DNA from: Azolla caroliniana
Taxonomy: Eukaryota; Plantae; Polypodiophyta
Assembly (NCBI GenBank): GCA_043228905.1
Contig: JBHGNT010000001.1
Location: forward strand, 6,324,001-6,388,000
Length of the DNA stretch: 64,000 nt
Direction: 5' to 3'
Part shown: positions 50,793 to 63,751 of the stretch, one piece after another
How positions within the stretch are numbered: the first letter of the stretch is position 1
Layout: each line of letters starts with the position of its first letter
Program-made: the position numbers and the translations under genes
Notes under the pieces: model-generated
The model's database searches: none
The model's input: only the letters and a program-made list of their open reading frames with translations
What the model was told of the DNA's origin: nothing

Positions 50793-53700
50793 ATGAATTT
50801 GAAGTACCATAACTCTGGATTTCTTCAGTTTGACAAGATTGATGAAATCAGTGGTTCTTCTAATGACAATATGTATGCACTTGTGATCTTAAACTATAAA
50901 TTGCCATTGCTTACTTTATCTTTATGGAAGAAAGGTTGGTTTATTGATTTGATTTTATGTTTATGTTTTAGGAACATACACTTCTTATGAAGATTCTCTT
51001 ATTATATAGTTATCGTGCCTTGCAGCATGTTTCCGAATATGTGCTGATGGGGGTGCAAATCAGCTGTATGACTCCCTCCCAAAATACATTTCTTGTGATG
51101 ATCCTGTTCAACTAAGAACTCAGTATGTCGATCTTTCATTTTTTCTTGTAGATCTGATAGATCTAAATTACAATTAAAGAAACTTGGAAGAAACTAAAGC
51201 AAGCAGATTAACTAACTTGCTTGAACAATATAAACCTAATGAAAATGTAACAAAAAGGTCTTGTCAAGATAAATAACCAATAATTATGCAAGTTCAACAT
51301 ATAATAATTATTCAAGCTAAAACCTTTCTTTTATATAAAAACTTGCATGCATGAGTAAAGAAGCAATTATCAACATATAATGAAACTTTTTGAATTATTA
51401 CAAAACTTGTTAATTTATGACATTGAGAAACTTATTTGCTCCATGATTCCCACTAAAATCTTTCTTCCTATAATGAAAAATCTCGGAAACATTTGTTTTG
51501 GTTCAGTTAGAGGTATATTTGGTGATTACATTCATTGTTGGACATAGAATCCATTTGCCATGGTATTGCCAATGTTGTTCGATTTTTTTTTTAAATGAAT
51601 GAATATTAGAAATTTGAAAGCCTTTCTAGAAAAATTGAATCTCCCTATTGTTTCTGAAAATTAATAAGCAATTAGTGATAACGATCACTATTTTAGTCAG
51701 GCGATACTTTGATACTGGTCAAAATCTAACACTATATTGCTCTTGAATCAGCTCCTTCTTTAGGGTCTCTTCTAGAGTGATGTCAGCTGGTAGGACCTTC
51801 AAAGAAAATGATCCAATCAAGACTATAAAAAACAACTTTGTAAATTTGTTGCTCGATTTAATCTTTATTATCTTGTTAAGTGTCGTAGCACTCATTTTTA
51901 ATGCCTCTTAAGGAGACACTGATACCATCTTTCCTTTCTTACTCATAAGCACGCAAACATCTAGATTGAGCTTAATCCCTTAAAGTAGGCTGAATAATCT
52001 ACTTAGCTCCTTTTTCTCTATTTACGTGTTTCTTTTGCCTGTTTATGCATTATATACTGCCTTCTTATCACAGGTATAAACCAGATGTTATCAAGGGTGA
52101 TTTAGACTCAGTACGTCCAGAAGTCCGAAAATTCTATGAAGAATTAGTATGTCATTCCCATACCATTTTTTTAGTTTGTATTTCTCAATATTTTAATCAT
52201 AAACTTGAAACTCTTGGCTTTTTTCAGATTTTTTTCCTCATAAAATTGTACTTATTCTAGTTTACTTCACTTCTATATTTGATGAACACTTTGAAACCAT
52301 GTTCCATTGTTAACAATTCCAAAATTGATGAGGATTTAAGTATCTATTAATCATGGGCTCCATAATGTCTTGGGTTCTTGGTGTAAACTTAGCATCTCTC
52401 AATCATAGATATGATCGACCATGATAATGTCTTGGGTTCTTGGTGTAAACTTAGCATCCCTGAATCCTAGATATGGCCGAGCATGGCTTGCTTATATTAA
52501 CTTGGTTTGGCAAGTCAGCTATCCTTAGATGTGTTTTTATATTTCTCTGATGTGAAAGATGATGGTGTGGTTGCATTGCAGAAAATTTGGTTAATATTTC
52601 CGAAATTCCCAAATTTTAAGGTTATCTTTGGCAAATATTACTCTGAACTTCCATATTTTACTGTACAATGTTGAGCTAAATTTTAAGCATATCTTTGCAA
52701 ATATTACTTTGAGCTTCCATATTTTACTGTCTAAAAGTTAAAAAAACATTGTTGTAAATATAGCCCAAAGATCGTTCAGAATCTTTTAAAAATAGCCATT
52801 GGCCTATAAATAAAATAGCCCCCATTGGTTTTTCCTTGATTACTCTTAACAGCCATATTTACTGTAAAACATTGGGCTAAAAATTTAAAAAAACATTGAC
52901 ATTGTAGATATAACCAAAAAAGATGTTTCAAAATCTTTGAGAAACAGCCATTCGGCCATAAATTAAGAGTCCCATTTGTTTTTACTTGATTAATTTTGAT
53001 TTCACAGCGATACTTGAAAGGCAATTTCAATGTGTGAAATCATGTAAAGACGTGAATTTTAACTCGTTCAATTTATGTTTTTCTATAAGAAAACTACACT
53101 TTTCAGTTCAGGATCCTCATAAATCTATCTTCTGGTAAATTCTATTTTTTTGGCAGGGAACCATTATAATGGATGAATCATATGATCAAGATACAACAGA
53201 TCTTCATAAATGTATATCCTATATTAAAGATCAAAATACAAATCTTGATCTAAAAACTGTAAGCTCACTTCAAACTTTGAAGTCTTATTAAGCATGGCAA
53301 TATTAATATCAATCATAAGCAAGGCATAAGAATGAAAATTTACAATGGAGAGTTTCTAATTGTAGATGGGAAATTTGGTTATGAATTCTGTCATGATAAT
53401 AGTCAATCATCAGGAATGTATAAGAATAAAATTTCATGATTAGATTTTTATATTGCAAATGGGAAATTTTGGTTACTCTTTCATTAATAATGCACAAGAA
53501 GGAAATTTTATGATTTAGATTCTCAGGGAAATTTTGGTCGGATTGTAAGTTTCTTATGATTCTTAAGATGGTGGCTCATATTGGGTAGGTTACTTTCCGC
53601 CAGCACAAGTATTGTCTGGGGACAAGTCCAGAAAAAAAGATGCATGAATAATGTCTCTTAAGTTGCGCAAAATGACCTCTGAGAGACCAAACACAAGAAG

Positions 53701-56700
53701 TTACTTCTGAAAATGTGGCCTCATCTTGGAGAAAACTAATAAAAGCTTGTGAGTTCCAAGTACTCAATATTCCCTTAGTCAAGCATGTAGAAACATTGTG
53801 AGCTTAAGGTGGGATGGAAACTTGAACCGTTGAAGCGAGGACATTGGTACAGCACCATCAGTACCATGTGAAAAATAGCCTTTGATGTTGTCAAGGGCAG
53901 TGACCTGGCTGTATGCTTGTCCGCATTTCGACAGGTGCATACATCTAGTTTCCTTGATTATAACAGCACAAAACCAACAGGCACATTGGTCATATAAAAT
54001 AAGATGTTTTTCTTCAAAAGACAATGAATAACTTGCCGCAACCACATTTAATATGTAGGGACAAGTCCAGAAAGAAAGATATATTAATAATGTGTCGTAA
54101 GAGGCCAAAATGGCCCATCAGAGACCAATCATGAGAGGTTATCTCTGAAAATGCTGGCTTTCTCTTATAGAAAACTGGTAAAAGATCATAAGTACCAGAC
54201 ATTCCAATTAGCTAAGCATGTAAAATGTTGCAAGCTTAGATGGATGGAAACTTGTGTTTTTGACAATCTCCAAATTGATGGCTCAATCAAAGATGGAGAG
54301 GATCTCTGTGGTGAAGAAAAACACCTTCAGTGTTGGGCGATGGTGGCCTTTGATTTTGTCAATAACATGGCAATGACCTTGCCATGTGCAGTGGCCTGGC
54401 CACTTGCTTGTCCACACCTTGACCGGCATGTAAATCAAGTTTCCATGATTGTAGGACTCACCCAATAAGCCAGATATCCGGAATGTACATGGCCAAATAA
54501 AATACCATTCCTTACAGAAGCAATGAATTCATACACACCTCTTTAACTTGCTGTCTCCACTGGAACTGTATCGATAACTCGCTGCAAGCATAACTATATG
54601 GGCACACGTCCAGAAAGAAAGATCCATGAACGTCTCTTAAAGTGATGAATTATGGCCTATGATAGACCAAACAAAGAGTTATCATTTGGAAGCGTTGTTC
54701 TCATCTTGAAGAACACTAGGAAAACATCATATTCCAAGTACCAGATATTCCAGTGAGCCAACCATGTAAAATGTTACAAGCTTTGAAAGATCTCCAATTT
54801 GGTGGGTCAATCCAACATGGACAGCGTTTCTGAAACAGGGAAAATGCGCTAGGTTTTGGGTGATAACAGCCTTTTTTGTCAATAGCACAGGCTGTGACCC
54901 AATCACTGCTTGTCACACCTTGATAGGAGCATAAAGTCAGTTGTCTTGATTTAATAATACAATTCAATCAACAGTCAAGATATCCCATCCATACATTGTG
55001 AGAGAAGAATAAGAAGTTCCTTAAAGAGGCGATGAATTCTTCTGCACAGACCTTTTGATTCTGTGTTTGAATGTTCCCGACACAGGCCCATTAGCTACCT
55101 GCAAATGAATGCCAATCCTCAACCAGGGTCCATCTTATAATGAAAGCACCAGGGAACATACACACTCTTTTATAGATTCAAATTCCACTCCATTATTCTC
55201 TTGCAGTATAAATGTGGCGTGGTAGTACTAAAATTAGATTCAAAGAAAACTCGACACCACTCTGCAGCTAAAATTTACATACAAAAGCTGGGATATCAAC
55301 TGCGACAAGATGCGAGAAATCCAGTTAAAAGATGTACATATTTTCACAGAGTGTTTAGAAGATTTTAGAAATTTCTTCCATTGACTCAAATCAAGATTTC
55401 TTTTTCTAGACTTGAGGGTTGATCAAGATAGGAAAAGTATGGGAACAAACTCTTAACAAACCCACGTAGGCCAATGGTTTACAACCTCATTGAAGTCTTC
55501 AAGCCTTACCCTGCCTGTGAGCAAAGGATGGGGAGTGCATGTTTGGCAGATGAAACATGATATGACCGATATATGAGCAAAACATGATGCACTTCCATCC
55601 TCAAGTGTCACTTTGCTTGCATTTCTCGACCATATAATAATTATTCCAACCTGCTTGATATCTAGATTCATAGCATTCATTCCACCCGTTTGTTGATGGG
55701 ACATTCAAGCTTTGCACCTCTTGTTTTGGTTCTCCCTTGCCTTTTATTTCATCATTTTTGTTTTGTCCATATTAACAATTAACCCAGTGATCTGACAGAA
55801 TGTGTCCAATACATCAAGTGTTGCATATCATCCAAATTATATGAGAATAACCACTATCCATTTTCAATTGGCACTTAACTTGCTCACACAATTGTGCTAC
55901 AACTGCTCTATACTCAAATGGCATTCCAATCTCTATCATTCTTTTGCAAAGCTCACTCCTTGGGGCAGTGTCAAAGGTTTCCTTGAAGTTCACAAAACAA
56001 CAAAAATATTGTCTTCCCTTGATGTTTTTTTACAGAAAGAAACTACTTTCCCGTTCATTAGGAGAGAAGTTTTCCCTTGATGTTTACTTTCTTCCACGAA
56101 CGATAACTGTTAGTGTAACGTAATAATTGATAGTTGAATGAACTCTTAGAGAGAGAGAGAGATGTGTTTCTTCGTGAGAAAAAGAGAGAAATTCTCCCTA
56201 AGTGTTGTATAAAAACAAAGCAAATAATATTTTCTAACCCATGTGTTTAAGGCAATGGAACAAGGGAGCATTCTTGTAGTAGGATCAATGGGGGGAAGAA
56301 TGGATCACGAGTTTGGAAATTTTAATGTACTTTTCTCATTCCCGGATCTCCGAATAATCTTGTTGAATGATGAATCTATGATATACCTTCTGGTAAAGGA
56401 GATCTGCCACCATATTCACATTGATAGTGAGTTCGAAGGCCCACACTGTGGGCTAGTACCAATTGGTGCTCCTTCATCCTGCACAACCACAACTGGTCTA
56501 AAGTGGAACTTAGGTATGTGTGAATCGACTCCTAGATATTTTTGTTTTCTTAGCGTTGTATGATACATAGTTGACCTTGAGCATATTTTCTTCGTGGCAT
56601 TTTGATTTTCTTTTCAGATAATACTCCTATGCAATTTGGTGGCCTCATCAGTGTTTGCAACAAAGTCCAAGATAAGGTCGTCACTGTTCAGTCAGATGCT

Positions 56701-56736
56701 AACTTAATTTGGACTATAGCTATTCACCCTAAGTAA
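50793..56736 (+). CDS. TPK: Thiamine pyrophosphokinase
   Basis: Exons 50793-50934, 51026-51122, 52074-52146, 53157-53258, 56252-56513, 56618-56736, all in phase. Motifs CADGGAN, IKGDLDS, DQDTTDLHKC, GGRMDH, GPHCGLVPIG, TTGLKWNL. An acceptor at 50772 indicates a 5'UTR intron (likely donor ~49375). Confidence 0.95.
52361..52995. repeat. Nested short tandem duplications in TPK intron 3
   Basis: 62-bp unit ataatgtcttgggttcttggtgtaaacttagcatc x2. atcttt(g)gcaaatattact..ttccatattttactgt x2 (~52624, ~52691). Diverged ~140-bp pair at ~52716 and ~52854. Confidence 0.8.
53600..55060. repeat. Three diverged tandem units (~440-540 bp) in TPK intron 4
   Basis: Anchor ggg(a/c)ca(a/c)gtccagaaa.aaagat at ~53619, ~54058 and ~54600, followed in each unit by colinear gaccaa, aagtac..atattcc, catgta.aa..tt, gcttgtc, and atgaat motifs. 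Confidence 0.85.
55844..56017 (-). mobile_element. LINE (RTE-like) reverse-transcriptase fragment in TPK intron 4
   Basis: Open 58-codon minus frame GRQYFCCFVNFKETFDTAPRSELCKRMIEIGMPFEYRAVVAQLCEQVKCQLKMDSGYS matches the non-LTR RT segment 'CCFVDFxKAFDTVxR..LW..M...G.P......V..LY'. Confidence 0.85.
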
Positions 56737-58584
56737 GCAATAATGACATTAAACATCATTTGACATTTTACATAAAGATTTCAAACACATTTGACATTCT
56801 TTGTTGGAATTGCTAATTGTACTATGAGTTTGTTTCTGTTTAACATTGTTGTCTTTTTAAACGATGTTGCTATGATTTTCAATCTTTGTATTCTGGAAAA
56901 ATGACAATTGCAATGTTGTAATGCCATTTTTTATGACCACAGCATCCTTATTGAGGCTTGGGCCCCCCCAACCTTTTGTGGTGACATAAAAACTCCTGTA
57001 GGTTTTGTATATAGAGAACCTCTTATGATATATGCATGCATGTGATGAAATGAGCCATTTTTCCTACAGACCTATGCCATTCTAAACGTGTTGCACTTTT
57101 TGCAACGTATGTCCAACTTTAATGCTCTTAAATTAGATACATTATTGTGATTGTGACCGAGTTGAATGTGTCATCTTATGGAAGGAGCTACTTCTATATT
57201 TTGATGGCAAAACTTTCTAGAAACAAGCACTATTTCTATTTTTGTAAACCAACTCATGGAGGAAATTGTAATTTAGTTTGAGATGATTGTGTTTTGTTTT
57301 TTCAGTATAATTGATTAATTTTTCCATCGTACTCTCATTGGCATGGAGGCTGCAAATATCCATGATTCGAAAATGTTTTTAGGTCCCTTTCTCCTCATGA
57401 ATGGATGGATGAATTTATGGTTAGCATTAGCTTTGTTTTGGTGGGGTTCTTCTTCTCACCAAAACAGCCATCAAGTTTTGTATTGCTTATGATTTTATAA
57501 TACCAGGGTGTATCTTTTGTTAAAATAAAATAAAATTTTGCCATCGTACTCATGCTTCTCAAACAACATATGAATTAGAATGTCAATTAGGTAAATTGGT
57601 TGATCATTTATGCTTTATTCAAGTGCAATTGATCTTAATAAGCAGCTTGCTGGATTATGTTTTTGAAAAGTGTGTATTGTTGGCACCTGTCGTGAATTAT
57701 TATTGATTTCTTTGTAATGACATAAAAGTTGGATTATTGATTTCCTTATATGGATGCTATATTGGCAAAGGGAAATGGTCATAATTATAGTAATGCATGA
57801 ACGTTGTTTAGTGAGACATTGAAGCATTTGGATGGTAATGAAATCTACATGTGACTTCAAGGGGGTTAATTAAGGTTTCCGCGAGGCCAAAGTAATGTGT
57901 AGGATGGTACTAATTCATCCTAGGTCAAGTTCCATGTACTAACTTCTATCCAAGGACTTGCTTATGTGCATAGGGGTTTGACAAGTCGACTCACATTAGA
58001 TTGTGTGCTTATTAAGCATCTCAATGTGCAAAGAGGGCATTGGAAATCCCCCCTTAGATTATCATGCGGGCTGGTCTTTCCAATCAGTTTTGGTGAAATT
58101 CACTAGGAAACTTTATAAGTGTTTAGGTGGCACTATGAATCTCTCTTTCATTGTATACTCTTTTTGGGGCCCAACAACCTCTCCATTACCAATCAATTCA
58201 CCATCCTTTCTCTAGATTGAAGTGGTACTCAAACCTCATCCCACGGCTCTATTAAAATTCAATGTTCAAGTTGTAACCATGATATCATCTTAATGTACAA
58301 ACTATGAAAGTTGCAACAATTTCAAAGGTGGCATTATGTAAGTCATAATGTTGCAACCTACAAGGTACAACACAACATGTAGATAAATAGTAGATTAGGG
58401 GAAAAATAATGTATTTGATTTGTATGATATGAGATAACATGGTTCTTACAACAAGATGTTTGTCTAAGTGGTTTGATATTCTCCTATACGACATACAACA
58501 ATTTACTCAACCTTTAGCCCTTATGGAAGACTATGGATGATCCTTAATGTCGTTGGTCCCAAGCTTAATGAATAGAGGACATAT

Positions 58585-59244
58585 TGTGGTTCCTATGTTC
58601 TTGCTTGTTCCTATTGTGTCACCTCTCTCAATCTTACATTTTGAAATTCATGATGAACAACTCACTAACAATCTTTGTGTACTTCAATCAAACTATTTCC
58701 AAGGCTGATTTGCATAACCTCACCTAACAAATAAACTAAATGTCTCTTGCAATGATTAGGCTAGTTTCAAACAATGTATTCGAAATCAAATAGGAAACGT
58801 ATATAAACTTATGGTTATTTTGAACCTCCACACTTCACACACAATAATATGAGAGACTTGAGATGCCCCACAATGATTTCATATAGATTTGCTAGCTATT
58901 TTAAATAATTCTATGTGGTTCCTATGTTCTTGCTTGTTCCTACTTTGTCACCTCTCTCAATCTTACATTTTGAAATTCATGATGAACAACTCATTGACAA
59001 TCTTTGTGTACTTCAATCAAACTATTTCCAAGGCTGATTTGCATAACCTCACCTAACAAATAAACTAAATGTCTCTTGCAATGATTAGGCTAGTTTCAAA
59101 CAATGTATTCGAAATCAAATAGGAAACGTATATAAACTTATGGTTATTTTGAACCTCCACACTTCACACACAATAATATGAGAGACATGAGATGCCCCCA
59201 CAATGATTTCATATAGATTTGCTAGCTATTTTAAATAATTCTAT
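58585..59244. repeat. 329-bp near-identical tandem duplication between TPK and GPAT
   Basis: tgtggttcctatgttcttgcttgttcc... at 58585 and 58914; about five substitutions seen by eye. Confidence 0.97.
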
Positions 59245-61673
59245 ACAGACTAAGGAGTCTATAATAAATGATACATCATACGATATAGGGAGATTTAATA
59301 CAATCACTTTCTGTATTTAAATACCTAGGTTATGAATATTTCATATACACATCACATCGCCTAATATATTTTTGATATGTATATAAACATTTTCTAAATG
59401 AAGCCCTACATTTGTTGGCTTCAAAAGCTACACCGTTGATATTTTGTTAACTTTAGAACATGTAGTTTTCTCGAGCTGAAAATAGGAAAAAGGTTGCAAA
59501 TGTAAAACATGGGGCGTGGTGCAACAAGTCAACTTGTAATTCGCAACATTAAGGTTGTGGGCCAAGTCTTTACCTTGATGTCATGGTAATTTAGAAACCC
59601 TTTATAAGTTTAGTTTGAGATCATGCACATTACTAGTTTGCTCATGTAAAACCTCCCTTGCAGCATTGACCTAGACCAATTCTTTGATAACACAATGAAT
59701 GAATAAGTTGTGGATGACAATGCAAAGGAGAATGACAATAACACATGAATAAGGGTGAGATAATTTATCAATACTTTTCTTTTTGGATGTGAATAATTGG
59801 ATAAAAGGAACTTTTGCTAAAGATTTGATAACAATAATAATTGCTCTTTGTAGTTAGAATCGATGGCTTTGGTATACAAATTGTAAAGGCGAATGAGCTT
59901 TTTGACAATATTGACTAATGAAGGGTAATGCCATCTTCAACTATTTTGTGTGTGCTAAAGTCATACATTTGTTTTGTTAGATGTCTTCATTTAGTTGGGC
60001 AAGTGTGGTTACATGTGACATGTGTCTTTGGAAATTGGTATTATTTATGGATAGTTGTCACCATGTCGAACCATGAACACAACATATGTCGTATGTTGAG
60101 TGCATGCCATTAACATACTATTCATCAATATCGAGGATTCATCTCAAGAGCTATATTTACTTCCATTTTCAAAAGAATTTTACTTTGTAGAATAGAATCG
60201 ACGGACCGCTCTTCAGGGATGTTCTTTGTCTAGAACAAAGTGAAGGAATCTTCGCATGCCTTCCCCGAGGACATGAAAAATATTTTCAAAGGTAGAAACT
60301 ATTTATGAAAAATCATATCAATTATAATTACGTTAATATTGAAACAAACACGATTCTGTTCAAGGATGAAAAATAACAACAAAAAAGTCACAAAAATAAA
60401 ATGATTGAGGCATTATAAAGATGCTCAAGTGACTAGGAAAAATAGCAAATAGATTTAAAAAGAAAAAATATTCATTCATGGAAGAAGATTAATCCAAAGA
60501 CAAACATGTTTACATTGATGTAAGGGAAAGATTGATCGAATGAGAAACAAATTTAAAGACGTTACATGAATTTGCATGTTTTACCTTTGTGAACATTACC
60601 TTGGTTCCCAAAGGAATGATAAAAATGACTGTGTACTATGGGTAAGGAATCACAATCTTCATCTACATTCTTTTTAAGGCGTAAATAGTATGATTCATTA
60701 CATGTCTCATTAATGAAATGGCATCATGATATTTTACCGTGCGAGAGCAAACAATACATTCATGATTGGGCGATTTACTATCATGTGTGCGCATTGCTTG
60801 CATATATCAAATAAACACAACCATCCTAGGTGACAGGCATATCATCATAATATTTCACACTTTTGTTGGTCGAGCAAACAATAATGCATTGATGATTGGC
60901 CAATTTATTTCTGTGCGTGTGAACCACTTACATGTATACACAAGTGGGCACCTCCCTTCAAATTCGTACTCACCTACTCATCAACAATGATTTTGGAATT
61001 CATTAATGCATTTATATCTTCTATAGACTTGCACACATGTCATTTTCCCTTCCAAAGAATAACAAAACAAATAGACCTACCATTTAACACTTAATACACA
61101 TCATCTTGGCATAAATAAAACTACATATACGTAGCTCAATGTGAAAATCAATATTGCTCGATCTCAATGATTCCGGAAGAGAGTTCCAAACAATTGTAAT
61201 GGATTTGACATCATGCTTGATCTACTTAGTGTTGAGATGGACAATTTCCATACATTAACAATCCGAAGAAAACAAACCACTTGTGAGAGTTTTGTTTATT
61301 TGCATGTATCTATGTATCCGGAGAAGATGAAAGGAAGATGAAAGGAAGATGAGTCCATAGCTGTTTAATAGAAAATGTCTATTTTTAAACATGTACGTAT
61401 ATACACAACTAGATATCGTCTTTCCGACTTTTTATGACGAGCGCACAAGTAATATCAAAGCCTACTTTATTATCTTCATCGGGATCAAACGAATCGGACT
61501 TTACAAGTAGCATGGTAGGTTAGCAAAGGCGTTTTTAGATGGCAATATTGAAATTAAGGGCAAATGGATATCCTCATTTTTAACAACAAATGTCTACTAG
61601 AACAATAGTGATGACACATGCTCAATGCTTGAGAAAAAGAACAAAGGATTGATCGAGAGGACATTCTTTCCAT

Positions 61674-63751
61674 CTAGAAAATCCCATCGTTCCCCGCGAG
61701 CATATTGTATTTGTCCTTCCTATTATAATTCGTACATTGAAAGCCAAGCTTGTCAGCAAGCAACCGTTGTGTCATGTTTGCGATCTCGATGGCCGACTTC
61801 CCCTCAGTCCGGAGCTTGTCCATGGGTAGGGGGTCGAGAAATATCACTTCGTACGAGGGCCTTGGGTTCAAACAATAAAAGATGCCGTCAAGCGCCTTAT
61901 AACCCCTCACGCTCGTGCCTTGAAACATGCTCATCTTAACATTCAGCGCGACGGGCACGACATTGTTGGTCATGTCGGCGAACAAAGGGCTGAACCTCAA
62001 CAAAAAGGGCTCCCTACATGTAGTGCCTTCGGGGCATATAAAAACATCTTCCTTGTGGAGGAGTTCGTCGATGATCCTCGCGTCCTTTTCACGGTTTCTC
62101 GTGAGCCGGGTAGCAGGGATGGGGGACATGTACTCGGACACCTTGCTTATGCTATAGGCCATAGCTCGGACCTTGCGGCGCAATGCGATGGACAAGAAGA
62201 TGGGGTCCGCAAGGGTCCGATGTGTGCACACGAAGATCGCACCTTCTTGGTTTATGTTTTCGGTCCCCCCGGCGGAGGCGAGTTCTCGTTGAAGCAAGGG
62301 CGGGGCACCTTTGACCCTCACTTTTATCCCGAACAAAGAGATGAGTGGGAAGCACATTTCTTTTGGTAGGCATATGCCGATCATGTTTCGGATGAGAAAT
62401 AGAACAATGCCAGCCGGCATCCACAAGAAGATTGCGAGCGACACAAATGGCGTGGGTCTCATCACGAGCCTCCCGTCATGGAAGACCAAGGGATTCACAT
62501 ACTCCTCCTTTGGTACCGTGTCATGGCTTGGTATGGACATACTAATGACATCCTGCATTACACAAAAACCAACAAAACTCCCCAATATCAAAATCACATG
62601 AAATTTCTCTTGATAAACACACATACATGAAGATATGCATAGGTGATACAAATCACACATATTCTTAACAATGCTTTGGCTCTTTTTTGCAAAGAGGGGG
62701 GCTTTTTCAAGTTAAGTCTAGAGTTTTAAACCCACTTGTTTATCAGTGTATCCTAACACTTTCTATACTCACAAAAACATGATTGTGGGTCTCTCCGGGG
62801 CAATCCTACGGAATCACTTGGGACAAACTTATTCCACGAATTTATAGCGATTCTACTGATATACTTGGGGCGAACCTTAATGGCGTGAATTTATAGCGAA
62901 CACTGATGTTACTCTAAACAACATACATACAACACATAATTAGAGAAAAAGTATCCCGATTGTGGATGTTACTCTAAAGAACATACATACAACTCAATTA
63001 GAGAGAAAGTATCCCAAACAATCGAGAAACCCCGGAACTTACGTTCCCGCGGGAAGGATTGAGTGTGATATAAGTAGTTGCATTAACATTAACAAGACCT
63101 CCATCCAAATTATGGGATGTCTTACTTTACCTGGCAACATGAGAGGAAGGTGTGCTTGTGGGCACTATTGCATAGCCCAATGCTGGGCTGCCCCCGGGTC
63201 TCTTGGAATGCTTGCTTGACTAGCATCAGTTTTCCGGATTCATCAAGTACCCCCGACTTGGCATTGACACGGCCGGTGCAAAACCCGTCTCGTGTGACTT
63301 CCACGTCGGTCGCAAACACCCTTTTCACACTTAAGTGGTGCCGGACGAAATGCTCGACGAATATCCGTGGGTGAGATGTGACCACATACTTGTCGGTCCC
63401 TCCATGCAAGAAAGCTCTATAGGGCCCCGGCGCAAGGTCCTCGAGGAAGAACTTGGGGAGCACGGCCTTCGACACGGCAATGACCTCGGCTTGCTTCAGC
63501 CCCGCGATGGACACGAAGATCTGGATGCGTATCGGTAATGTCTCGGACACGAATGAGAGCAGCCACATGAGAGGGAATAGGAGGAGGAGGACCAAGGATC
63601 GGAGTGGGCTCCCCGCCTCGAGCGACATTAGCATGTAGTAAGGGAAGAAGCTCGTGGATCGCAAGAGTGTTCCATCCAAATGCGAGATGATCACTCTCTT
63701 TACAATTCCATTGTTTCTTCCTTCATGTTGGGCCATGGCTTCTTCACCCAT
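61674..63751 (-). CDS. GPAT: Land-plant sn-2 glycerol-3-phosphate acyltransferase (GPAT1-8/RAM2 type, cutin/suberin class)
   Basis: Exons 63751-63131 and 62552-61674 (phase 0). N-terminal HAD-like domain (LDGTLL, FPYYML.SLEAG, AVLPKFF), VFHDGRL, acyltransferase HRTLAD and CPEGTTCREPFLLRFS, C-terminal LAGNDG. An alternative start at 63736 is possible. Confidence 0.93.
62837..63015. repeat. Small tandem duplications in the GPAT intron
   Basis: gaatttatagcga x2 (~62838, ~62887). gatgttactctaaa..acatacatacaac..aattagaga.aaagtatccc x2 (~62905, ~62966). Confidence 0.85.

Noticed and set aside
48900-57600. TPP riboswitch in or near the TPK gene
   Set aside because: Only isolated sub-motifs were seen (aacctgaac ~49851, ctgaga ~53678). 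They never occur in the CUGAGA...GAACCUGA..GG.AAU.CC.GCG.AGGGA arrangement. An Infernal RF00059 scan would be decisive.
5392-63751. Cuticle/cell-wall gene cluster (CFL1 + CDI + GPAT)
   Set aside because: The genes are spread over ~58 kb and separated by unrelated housekeeping genes; nothing in the sequence supports co-regulation.
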